This document shows positions 49,751-62,400 of a DNA stretch of 64,000 bases, piece after piece. Below the pieces are notes generated by a model. That model was given only the letters and a program-made list of their open reading frames with translations. It ran no database searches and was not told the DNA's origin. Both the position numbers and the translations under genes were made by a program. The stretch is from Squalus acanthias (Eukaryota): contig CM059431.1 in NCBI GenBank assembly GCA_030390025.1, positions 157,792,001 through 157,856,000 of the forward strand, read 5' to 3'. Position 1 is the first letter of the stretch. Each line of letters starts with the position of its first letter.

Positions 49751-51340
49751 GACTGCCTGTTAACTTGCTCCCCAGTCGATCTAGTAATGCTCTTGGAATC
49801 GGAAGATTTCTCTCTGGTTGGTGCTCTCACAATCCTGTGCTGGTTCACCTGCTGTCATTCCTCAGTCTACAATGCCTGTTTACTTCCAGCTGTGCAGCTT
49901 CCTCAATCACTCCATCATTTACCAGGAGATCTAATTATGGCAGGACAGAAAATGAGAACAAAATTGACGGTGTGAACTAAAACGTAATGTGCACGTTTGC
50001 TATAATTATCTAATTGTGGCAGGGCTGAAAATAATCTAATATTGACTGTGAAGTAAATCCCCACGGAGCAACCACAGCCCTGCTATTAATTTGTTCGCTG
50101 CCTTTTCTTCCATTCACCGCAGTGAAAGATCTGTGCTTTGTTCGTTCTCCTCCACAGCAGCATCGCAAATTCCAACAAACGAAATCAAATTGCTTGAAAT
50201 GACCACTCAGATATCCTCAGAGCATTCCTGTATTAACTGCCAGTTATTCCCTGCCCCAGCCGCTCTGAGATACAATTCCTGCTTATTTTAAACAACGCCC
50301 AGTTTCTGCCCTGTTGAATACAGCGGTTACGACATTCTGCGTTTCTCTGCAGTTTGCAACAGGAGATCCAGGGCGGTAGCTGAAACTATCTTCCTCGTTG
50401 CCGAGAAAACTGTGGGACCAATCGCTGCCGGATACTCCGCATCTTCAGCTTCAGTGCCGAGTATTTCTGTTCGATTCTTCCTGTTCCTCAGGTACCCGGC
50501 ATGCCCGCCCGGACTGCCTAGAAATACCCAGAATTCGAGGCAGAATGTAACATTTTCTGTCTGCGCATTAGACAAAACGGCGTTGTTTGAATTCATTGGG
50601 CCCATCCTCCCCGGGTTTCATACTGTCTCATCTCACTGGGCCCATCTTCCCCGGATCACACACTGTCTCATCTCACTGGGCCCATTCTCCACGGGGTACA
50701 CACTGTCTGATCTAACAGGGCCAATCCTCCCCGTGTTAGAACACTGACAGATCTCATTGGGCCTTCCTCCCCGGGTAACACAATAACTCTTCTCACTAGT
50801 CCCATCCTCCCCTGGTTACAAACTGGCTGATCTAACTGGCCGCATCCTCCCTGGGTTACAAACTGTCTGATCCCACTGGACACACCCTCCTCAGGTTACT
50901 CACTGGCTGAACTTTCTGGGCCAATCCTACAAGGGTAAGACACTGCCTGATCTCACTGGGTCCATCCTCCAAGGTTTACACACTGTCTGATCTCACTGGT
51001 CCCATCGTCCCCGGGTTACAAACTGTCTGATGTCACTGAGCCCATGCTTCCCGGTTTAAACACTGTCTGATCTCACTGGGCCCATCCTCCCCGGTTACAC
51101 GCTGTCTGATCTCATTAAGACCATCCACCCGGGATACACACTGCCTGATCTCAACGGGCCCATCAACCCCGGGTTACATATTATCTGATCTCACTGGGCC
51201 CATCCTCCCGGCTTTACACACTGTCTGATCTCGCTGGACCGATCGATCCTCTTCGTGTTACACACTGTCTGATCTCACTGGGCCCATCCTCCCCGGGTAG
51301 CACACTGTCCGATCTCACTGGGCCCATCCTCCCCGGGTTA

Positions 51341-52085
51341 CATAAGAACATAAGAATATAAGAACATAAGAAATAGGAGCAGGAGTAGACCAATCGGCCC
51401 CTCGAGCCTGCTCCGCCATTCAATGAGATCATCGCTGATCTGATCCCACCTCAACTCTAAAGAACACAAGAAGCAGGAGAAGGACCAGACCACTCGGTCC
51501 CTGGGCCCGCTCCGCCACCCACAGGGCCTTGACCGATCCGAACTCAAACTCATGTCCAATTTCCAGCCTCCTCCCAGTAACCCCTGATTCCCTTTACTTC
51601 TAGGAAACGGTCTATTTCTGTTTTAAATTTATTTAATGAAGTAGCTTCCACAGCTTCCTGGTGTAGCAAATTCCACAGACCCACTACCCTCTGAGTGAAA
51701 AAGTTTCTCCTCATCTCAGTTTTGAAAGAGGAGCCCCTTATTCTAAGATTATGTACCCTAGTTCTAGTTTCACCCATCATTGGGAACATCCTCACCGCGT
51801 CCACCCGATCAAGCCCCTTCACAATCTTATATGTTTCAATAAGATCGCCTCTCATTCTTCTGAACTCCAATGAGTAGAGTCCCAATCTACTCAACCTCTC
51901 CTCGTATGTCCACTCCCTTATCCCCGGAATTAACCGAGTGAACCTTCTTTGTACTGCCTCGAGAGCAAGTATGTATTTTCTTAAGTATGGACACCAAAAC
52001 TGTATGCAGTACTCCAGGTGCGGTCTCACCAATACCCTATACAACTGCAGCAATACCTCCCTGTTTTTATATTCTATCCCCCTAG
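51341..52085 (-). mobile_element. 5'-truncated CR1 inside the satellite (copy 1)
   Basis: ORF 51550-52053 is the CR1 ORF2 C-terminus; (CATAAGAA)n tail. Confidence 0.95.
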
Positions 52086-54357
52086 CACACTGTCTGATCT
52101 CACTGGGCCCTTCCTCCCCGGGTTACACACTGTCTGATCTCACTGGTTCCATGCTCCTCGAGCTAAACACTGTCTGAGCTCACTCGGCCCATCCTCCCGG
52201 TTTACACACTGTCCGATCTCACTGGGCCCTTCCTCCCCGGCTTACACACTGTCTGAACTCACTGGGCCCATCCTCCCCGGTTTAAACACTGTCTGATCGC
52301 ACTGGGCCCATCCTCCTCGAGCTAAACACTGTCAGATCTCAGGGGGCCCATCCTCCGCGTTTTACACACTGTTTGATCTCTCTGGGCCCGTCCTCCCCTG
52401 GTAACAAACTGTCCAATCTCACTGGGCGATCCTTCCGGGGTTACACACTGTCTGATCTCACTGGGCACATCCTCCCCGGGTTACACACTGTCTGATCTCA
52501 CTGGGCCCGTCCTCCCCTGTTAACAAACTATCCGATCTCACTGGGCGATCCTTCCGGGTTACACACTGTCTGATCTCACTGGGCACATCCTCCCCGGGTT
52601 ACACACTGACTGATCTCACTGGGCCCATCCTCCCCGGGTTACACATAATCTGATCTCGTTGTTCAGATCTTCCCCGGGTTGCACACTGTTTTATCTCACT
52701 GGGACCATCGTCCCCGGTTTACACACTATCTGATCTCACTGAACCCATTCTCCCCTGGTTACACACTTTCTGATCTGATTGGGCCCATCCTCCAAGGTTG
52801 CACACTGTCTGATCTCACTGGGCGCATCCACCCCGATTTACACACTGTCTGAACTCACTGGGCCCATCCTCTTCGGGTTACACACTGTCAGATCTCACTT
52901 GGCCCATCCTCCCCGAGTAACACACTGTCTGATCTCACTGCGCCCATTTTACCGGGTTACACACTGTCTGACTGGATTGGACCCATCCTCCCCGGGTTAC
53001 ACACTGTCTGATATCACTGGGCCCATCCTCCCCGGGTTACACGCTGTCTGATCTCATTGAGCCATCCACCCGGGATACACACTGCCTGATCTCAACGGGC
53101 CCATCGACCTCGGGTTACACATTATCTGATCTCACTGGGCCCATTCTCCCCGCATTACACACTGTCTGATCTCACTGGGCCCATCCTCGCCGCATTACAC
53201 ACTGTCTGATCTCACTGGACATATCCTCTTCGTGTTACACACTGCCTAATCTCACTGGGCCAATCCTCCCCGGTTTACACACTGTCTGTTCTCACTGGGC
53301 CCATCCTCCCCGGATTACACACTGTCTGATCTCACTGGGCCTATCCTCCCCGAGTAACTAACTGTCCGATCTCACTGGACACATCCTCCCCGGGTTACAC
53401 AGTGTCCGATCTCACTGGAAACATCCTCCCCGGGTTACACACTGTCTGACTGCACTGGGCCCATCCTCCCCGGGTTACACGCTGTCTGATCTCATTGAGA
53501 CCATCCACCCGGGATACACACTGCCTGATCTCAACGGGCCCATCGACCCCGGGTTACACATTATCTGATCTCACTGGGCCCATCCCCCCCGCATTACACA
53601 CTGTCTGATTTCACTGGACCGATCCTCCCCGGGTTACACACTGTCTGATCTCACTTGGTCCATCCATCCATTGTTACACGCTGTCTGATCTCACTGGTCC
53701 CGTCCTCCCCGGGTTACCCACTGTCTGCTCACTCAGGATCCATGATCCCCGGGTTACACACTGTCTAATCTCACTGGTACCTTCTTCCCAGGTTACACAC
53801 TGTCTGATCTCACTGCGCCCATCGTCCCCGGGTAGCACACTGTCTTATCTCACTAGGGCCATCCTTCCCGGGTTACACACATTATCTGATCTCACTGGGC
53901 CATCCTTCCCTGGTTCCACATTGTCTGACCTCACTGAGTGCATCCTCCCCGGATAACACACTGTCTGATCTCACTGGGCCATCCTTCCCTGGTTCCACAT
54001 TGTCTGACCTCACTGAGTGCATCCTCCCCGGATAAGACACTGTCTGATATCACTTGTCCCATCCTCCCCGGGTTACACACTGTCTGATATCACTGGGCCC
54101 ATCCTCCCCGGTTACACGCTGTCTGATCTCATTAAGACCATCCACCCGGGATACACACTGCCTGATCTCAACGGGCCCATCAACCCCGGGTTACATATTA
54201 TCTGATCTCACTGGGCCCATCCTCCCGGCTTTACACACTGTCTGATCTCGCTGGACCGATCGATCCTCTTCGTGTTACACACTGTCTGATCTCACTGGGC
54301 CCATCCTCCCCGGGTAGCACACTGTCCGATCTCACTGGGCCCATCCTCCCCGGGTTA

Positions 54358-55102
54358 CATAAGAACATAAGAATATAAGAACATAAGAAATAGGAGCAGG
54401 AGTAGACCAATCGGCCCCTCGAGCCTGCTCCGCCATTCAATGAGATCATCGCTGATCTGATCCCACCTCAACTCTAAAGAACACAAGAAGCAGGAGAAGG
54501 ACCAGACCACTCGGTCCCTGGGCCCGCTCCGCCACCCACAGGGCCTTGACCGATCCGAACTCAAACTCATGTCCAATTTCCAGCCTCCTCCCAGTAACCC
54601 CTGATTCCCTTTACTTCTAGGAAACGGTCTATTTCTGTTTTAAATTTATTTAATGAAGTAGCTTCCACAGCTTCCTGGTGTAGCAAATTCCACAGACCCA
54701 CTACCCTCTGAGTGAAAAAGTTTCTCCTCATCTCAGTTTTGAAAGAGGAGCCCCTTATTCTAAGATTATGTACCCTAGTTCTAGTTTCACCCATCATTGG
54801 GAACATCCTCACCGCGTCCACCCGATCAAGCCCCTTCACAATCTTATATGTTTCAATAAGATCGCCTCTCATTCTTCTGAACTCCAATGAGTAGAGTCCC
54901 AATCTACTCAACCTCTCCTCGTATGTCCACTCCCTTATCCCCGGAATTAACCGAGTGAACCTTCTTTGTACTGCCTCGAGAGCAAGTATGTATTTTCTTA
55001 AGTATGGACACCAAAACTGTATGCAGTACTCCAGGTGCGGTCTCACCAATACCCTATACAACTGCAGCAATACCTCCCTGTTTTTATATTCTATCCCCCT
55101 AG
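54358..55102 (-). mobile_element. 5'-truncated CR1 inside the satellite (copy 2, duplicate of copy 1)
   Basis: Identical translation and the same junctions as copy 1, offset 3017. Confidence 0.95.
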
Positions 55103-57697
55103 CACACTGTCTGATCTCACTGGGCCCTTCCTCCCCGGGTTACACACTGTCTGATCTCACTGGTTCCATGCTCCTCGAGCTAAACACTGTCTGAGCTCAC
55201 TCGGCCCATCCTCCCGGTTTACACACTGTCCGATCTCACTGGGCCCTTCCTCCCCGGCTTACACACTGTCTGAACTCACTGGGCCCATCCTCCCCGGTTT
55301 AAACACTGTCTGATCGCACTGGGCCCATCCTCCTCGAGCTAAACACTGTCAGATCTCAGGGGGCCCATCCTCCGCGTTTTACACACTGTTTGATCTCTCT
55401 GGGCCCGTCCTCCCCTGGTAACAAACTGTCCGATCTCACTGGGCGTTCCTTCCGGGGTTACACACTGTCTGATCTCACTGGGCACATCCTCCCCGGGTTA
55501 CACACTGTCAGATCTCACTGGGCCCATCCTCTAAGGGTTATCCATTATCTGATCTCGTTGGGCCCATCTTCCCCAGGTTACACACTGTTTGATCTCACTG
55601 GGACCATCGTCCCAGGTTTACACACTGTCTCATCTCACTGGTACCATCCTCACAGGAATACAAACTGTTTGCTTTCACTGAGCTCATCCTCCCAGGATTA
55701 TACACTGTCTCCTCTCACTGGGCCCATCCTCCCCGTGTTATAAACTGTTTGCACTCACTGGGCCCATGCTCCCAGGATTACACACTGTCTGCTCTCACAA
55801 AGCTCATCCTCCTTGTGTTATCCACTGCCTAATCTCACTGGAACTAACCTCCCCTGGTTACAAACTGTGTGATCTCACGGGGCCATCCTCCCCGGGTTAC
55901 ACACTGTCTCATCTCACTTGGCCCATCCATCACGGGTTAAACACTGTCTGATCTCACTGGGCCAACCTCCCCGGGTGAAAAATTGTGTGATCTCACTGGG
56001 CCCACCTTCCCCGGGTTATACACTGTCTGATATCAGTTGGTCCATTCTCCCCGGGTTACACACTGTCTGATATCACTGGGCCCGTCCTCTCCGGGTTACA
56101 CACTGTCTGCTCTCACAGGACCTATCCGCCTCGGGTTACACACTGTCTCATTTCACTCGGCCTATCCATACCGTGTTACACACTGTCTGATCTCACTGGG
56201 CCCATCCTCCCCGGGTTACACACTTTCTCATCACATTGGCCCATCCTCCCCGGGTTACACACTGTCTGATCACATTGGCCCATTCTCCCCGGGTTACACA
56301 CTTTCTCATCACACAGGACGCATCCTCCCCGGGTTACACATTGTTTGATCTCACTGGGGCAATGCTCCCCAGGTTAAAAACTCTCTGATCTCACAGGCCC
56401 CAACCTCCCCGGGTTACACACTTTCTGATTTCACTGGGCCCATCCTCTCGGGCTTACACACTGTCTGACCCTCACTGGGCCCATCCTTCCCGGGTTACAC
56501 ACTGTCTGATCTCACGGGTCCCATCCTCCCCCAGCTGCACACTGTGCGATCTCACTGGGCCCCTCCTCCCCTGGTAACAAACTCTCTGATCTCACGGGTC
56601 CCATCCTCCCCCAGCTGCACACTGTCTGATCTCACTGGGCCATCCTCCCAGGTTGCACACTGTCTGATCTCACTGGGCACATCCTCTCCGTGTTACAAGC
56701 TGTCTGATCTCACTGGGCACATCCTCCCCGTGTTACACACTCTCTGATCTCACTGGGCCCTTCCTACCCGGGTTACACACTGTCTGATTAACTGGGCCCA
56801 TCCTCCCCGGGTTAAACACTGTCTGATCTCACTGGGCCCAACCTCCCCGGGGTTAAACACATTCTGATTTCACTGGGCCCACCCTGCCCGGGTCACACAC
56901 TGCCTGATTTCACTGTGCCCATCCTCCCAGGGTTATCCACTGTCTGATCTCACTGGGACCATACTCCCCGGGTCACAGTCTTTCTGATCTCACTGGGCCC
57001 ATCCTCCCCGGATTACACACTGTTTGATATCACTGGACCGAATGTCCCCCGGATACACACTTTCTGGTCTCATTGGGCCCCATCCTCCCGACTTACACTA
57101 AGTCTGATCTTACTTAGCCCACCCTCCCCGGGTTACACAATATCTGCTCTCACAGGACCCATCCTCCTCGGGTTACACACAGTCTGATCTCACTGGGCCC
57201 ATCCATTCCGGGTTAGACACAGTCTGATCTCACTGGGTCCAAATTCCCCACGTTACACACTGTCTGCTCTCACAGGACCCATCCTCCTCGGATTAAACAC
57301 TGTCTGATCTCACTGGACCCATTCTCCTCGGTTTGCACACATTGTCTGATCTCACTGGATCCATCCTCCCCGGGTTTCACACTGTCTGTACTCACTGAGC
57401 ACATCCTCCCCGCGTTTCACACTGTCTGATCAGACTGGGCCCGTCCTCCGCGGGTTACACACTGTCTGATCTCACTGGGCACATCTTCCCCGGGTTTCAC
57501 ACTGTCTGATCTCACTGGAGGACTGAGTGTACTGAGTTACATACCGGTGCTGTGATACTGTGAAGCCACTCCCTCGCTCGCTGTGATCTAAACTCTGGGC
57601 TGAGCAGCCGCGCTGTCAGGCCGTGTACTTAATGGTGCCGAGTTCCCTCAGTCACAGAGCGCGGCCCTGTAATCCGGGGAACGATCCTGTTTCTTAC

Positions 57698-57830
57698 CGT
57701 CACTCACACACTTGCCCGCGCGGCCCGACACACAGCAAACCTCGCCCACTGGTCATCCCCGGATGAGCAAGGGTGCGGCACTGCGCCTGCGTGAGAGAGC
57801 ACGGCTGCTCTGCCAACTCCCGGCAAATTG
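57698..57830 (-). promoter_or_regulatory. Candidate promoter / non-coding first exon of the NLR gene
   Basis: CpG-rich unique sequence between satellites. NRF1-like TGCGCCTGCG at about 57782-57791. Minus-strand donor ACG|gtaaga at 57698/57697. The first coding exon has an acceptor, so an upstream exon is needed. Confidence 0.45.
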
Positions 57831-59499
57831 TTGGAGGAAGTGGATCGAGGGGCTGCATGGGCTCTTTTTGTTCCTACCAGTCTGTGGTCTTGTGCTATCC
57901 GATACTGCTTTCATGTGTTAATTATCTGGAACCAACATGAACAAACATTTTAATGAATGCTCTCTCTAATCAGTTTTAATTTGAATAAGGTGTTTTTTAA
58001 AATAAATATAACCAGCTGCTCATCTCCCATCAGTATTGAGTGAGATTACACTGGAACTATGATGTCTGATGTGGAACAGAATATAAAAGTGACAGGAGTT
58101 TAATTTGGCCAACAGTATTTGTGCCGCTTATCATAAAATAATCTTACTTTACTGGTATAGACAATGCATTAAAACGTATTCCTTCTACCCAGAAGATGTT
58201 TCCACTCTTGGACTACCAAATACAGAGACAGGAGTTCACACTGAATGTTTCCGGTTTTTCGATATAAATTGGAGCCAAGGCCTCTTGTACTGAGATCTGA
58301 CAGTTTGTTACCTTGGCAACAGAGGAAATCACTCACCGCAATAACTGAACACGGAAATAACAAAACCAACATCACATGTTCGGAGTTTAGTTAAGATCAT
58401 TAACCCTGAACATTCAGCCAGTGTTTCTAACCTTGAAGCTCAGATTCCAATCATGGAATTTTTTATACCGCCAGACCTGACACTGCGGATTTACTGAATC
58501 CATTGGCAGTTACCGCTGTACAGCACATTAATTAACGCTGCACCTACACAAGTACATGAATAAAATAGTCATTGTTAGAAATAGGCCCCGTTTCATCGGA
58601 AAATCAGCTTGTCTCAAATCATCTAAATCTGTTACTGTTAAAACTGGTCAGTTAAATTACACAATACCGAATTCGATGGTGAAATATCTGATAGTCACCT
58701 TTGTACATCTGATAAGCTGCAACATTTAGAAAAGGACAATTCTGGAAACTCCAGTCAGTCTTTAATGGGCTGAGACACGGTGTTTTTATTTCCTGCTGAA
58801 GGAAGGTCCCCACAACAATCAGGTGATTGTGTTGAACGAGCAGATGAAATTAATCTAGAAACTGTTTGAGCAAACATCGCTCTCAGTTTTAAAAAAGCTC
58901 CCGAGGCTGGGAAAATGATAAGGTGATCAACGAGAACCTTTATTCTAACACAACATACAAAAAAATCAATTGGAAGTAAGTTTATGAATCTTAATTAAAA
59001 TATAAGATTTGCGTGTCATTTTGTCAACAGTTTATGTTGAAATGAAACTTTTATTTCAACTGCAAATGTTAAATCCAGCAATAGATTCACTGAGAGCAAA
59101 TTACTTTTTGTAAAACCCAGCGACCAGTTCAGCATTATAAGATTATTTATTTTGAGAGTTGGATCTGAAATATGTTTGAATGTCTGGTCCTATCTTAACT
59201 CGCATTATAACATTGAAATTATGCTCGGTTATTTCCGAGTTGGTGCTGGGGGCGGGCAGACAGTTAGTATCTGCTGGGTTCTGCCTCAGACTGAAGTCAC
59301 CACTTCGATCAAATCCCTTTACTCTAAAATACACAAAATACTCACTTGTGACTGTGTGCTTAGAGACAGAAACTGATCTCACTTCACATTTCATTGCACG
59401 GCCTCATATTGGATAATTGTGCTCGCTGGTCAGACTCTCCCAGTCTCATTCTCAGCATTCCCTGCCTTACCCAGTAACCTTTGTGTATTGTCTACAGAA

Positions 59500-62400
59500 C
59501 CGAAGTGTATCCCAGTCAATGGCAGTTTCTCTTAAATTTCGCCTCAGTCCATCTCCATGACCAGTATGTATCTGAGTCAATGGGACTCTCTATCATATTT
59601 CCCCCGGTCCATCTCCAGGACTAGTATTTATCTGACTCAATGGAACTCTCACTGAAATTTCTCCACGGTCCATCTCCGGGACCAGTGTGTAGCCGAGTTA
59701 ATGGGACTCTCTCTGACCTTTCTCCCCGGTCCATCTCCTGGACTAGTATTTATCTGAGACAATGAAACTCTCTCTGAACTTTCTCTACGATCCATCTCCC
59801 GGATCAGTGTGCAGCCGAGTTAATGGGACTCTCTGTGACGTTTCTACACGGTTCATCTCCAGGACCAGCGTGCATCTGACTCAATGGGACTCTGTCTGAA
59901 CTTTCTCCCCAGTCCATCTCCAGGACAAGTATGTATCTGAGTCAATGGGACTCTCTCTGACCTTTCTCCGCAGTCCATCTTCAGGACCAGTGTGCATCTG
60001 AGTCAATGGGACTCGCTCTGACCTTTCTCCCCGGTCTATCTCCAGAACCAGTGTGAATCTGAGTCAATGGGCCTCTCTCTGACGTTTCTCCCCGTCCATC
60101 TCCAGGACCAGTTTGAATCTGAGTCAATGGGTCTTTCTCTGACCTTTCTCCCCGGTCGATCTCCAGGACCATTGTGTATCTCAGTCAACAAGAATCCCTC
60201 TGATCTTTCGTCCCGGTCCATCTCCGGGACCAGTGTGTATCTGAGTCAATGGGATGCTCTCTGATATTTCTACCCGGTCCAACTCCAGTACCAGTGTCCA
60301 TCTGTGTCAATGGAACTCTCTGGGACCTTTCCCCCCTGTCCATCTCCAGGACCAGCGTGTATCTGAGTCAATGGGACTCTCTCTGACCTTTCTCCACGGT
60401 CTATCTCAGGGACCAGTGTGTAGCCAGGTTAATGGGACTCTCTGTAACATTTCTACACGGTTCATCTCCAGGACCAGTTTGCATCTGACTCAATGGGAAT
60501 CTCTCTGACGTTTCTCCGCAGTCCATCTCCAGGTAAAGTGTTTATCTGAGTCAATGGGTCTCTCTCTGACATTGGCCCCAGTCTATCTTCAGAACCAGTG
60601 TGCATCCGAGTCAATGGGACTCTCTCTGACATTACCCCCCGTCCATCTCCAGGACCAGTGTGTTTCTGAGTAAATGGGACTCTCTCTGACCTTTCTCCCC
60701 GGTCCATCTCCAGGACCAGTGTGTATCTGAGTCAAATGGGACTCACTCTGACCTTTCTCCTCTGTCCATCTCCAGCACCAGAGTCCATCTGTGACAATGG
60801 AGCTCTCTCTGACCATTCTCCCAGGACCATATCCAGGACCAGTGTGTATCTGAGTCAAGGGGAATCTGTCTGACCTTTCTCCCCAGACCATCTCCAGGAT
60901 CAATGTGTCTCTGAGTCAATGGGTTTCTCTGACCTTTCTCCGCAGTCCATCTCCAGGGCCGGTGTTTATCTGAGTCAATGGGACTCTCTCTGACCTTTCT
61001 GCCCTGTCCATATCCAGGACAAGTGTCCATCTGTGACAATGGGACTCTCTCTGACCATTCTCCCAGGACCATCTCCAGGACCATTGTGCATCTGAGTCAA
61101 TGGGACTCTCTCTGACCTTTCTCCCCAATCCATATCCAGGACCAGTGTATATCTGAGTCAATGGGACTCTCTCTGACCATTCCCCCGGGACCATATCCAG
61201 GACTAGTGTGTATCTGAGTCAATGGGACTCTCTCTGACATTTCTCCCCAGTCCATCTCCAGGACCAGTGTTCATCAGTGTCAATGGGACTCTCTCTGTCC
61301 TTTCTGCCCTGTCCATCTCCAGGACCAGTGTGTATCTGAGTCAATGGGACTCTCTCTGACCTTTCTCCCCGGTCCATCTCCAGGACCAGTGTGTATCTCA
61401 GTCAATCGGACTCTCTCTGACCTTTCTCCCAGATCCACCTCCAGGATCAGTCTGTGTCATTGGGACACTCTGGGACGTATCTCCCCTGTCCATCTCCAGG
61501 ATCAGCGTGTATCTGAGTCAATGGGACTCTCTCTGACCTTTCTCCATGGACCATTTCAGGGACCAGTGTGTAGCCAGGTTAATGGGACTCTCTGTGTCAT
61601 TTCTACCCGGTTCATCTCCAGGACCAGTTTGCATCTGACTTACTGGGAATCACTCTGACCTTTCTCCGCAGTCCATCTCCAGGTAAAGTGTTTATCTGAG
61701 TCAATGGGACTCTCTCTGACATTTTCCCCTGTCTATCTCCAGAACCAGTGTGCATCCGAATCAATGGGACTCTCTCTGACATTTCCCCCCGTCCATCTCC
61801 AGGACCAGTGTGTTTCTGAGTCAATGGGACTCTCTCTGACCTTTCTCCCCGGCCAATCTCCAGGACCAGTGTGTATCTGAGTCAATGGGACTCTCTCTGA
61901 CATTTCTCCCCGGTCCATCTCCAGGACCATTGTCTATCTCAGTCAAAGAGAATGTCTCTGATCTTTCGCCCCCGTCCATCTCCAGGACAATTATGTATCT
62001 GAGTCAATGGCACTCACTCTAATCTTTCTCCCCAGTCCATCTCCAGAACCAGTGTGTATCTGAGTCAATGGGACTCTCTCTGATTTTTCTACTCGTTGCA
62101 TATCCAGGACCAGTGTGTATCTGAGTCAATGGGACAATTTCTGACCTATCTCCCCTGTCCATCTCCAGGACCAGGGTCCATCTGTGACAATGGGACTCTC
62201 TCTGACCATTCTCCCAGGACCATATCCAGGACCAGTGTGTATCTCAGTCAATGGGACTCTCTCTGACCTTTCTCCCCAGTCCATCTCCAGGGCCAGTGTT
62301 CATCTGAGTCAATGGGACTCTCTCTGACCTTTCTGCCCTGTCCATCTCCAGTACAAGTGTCCATCTGTGACAATGGGACTCTCTCTGACCATTCTCCCAG

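Larger units (their letters stand above)
50590..57520. repeat. 40-bp satellite array (about 6.9 kb including two CR1 inserts)
   Basis: Unit cacactgtctgatctcactgggcccatcctccccgggtta; period 40 (50941, 50981). Confidence 0.97.
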
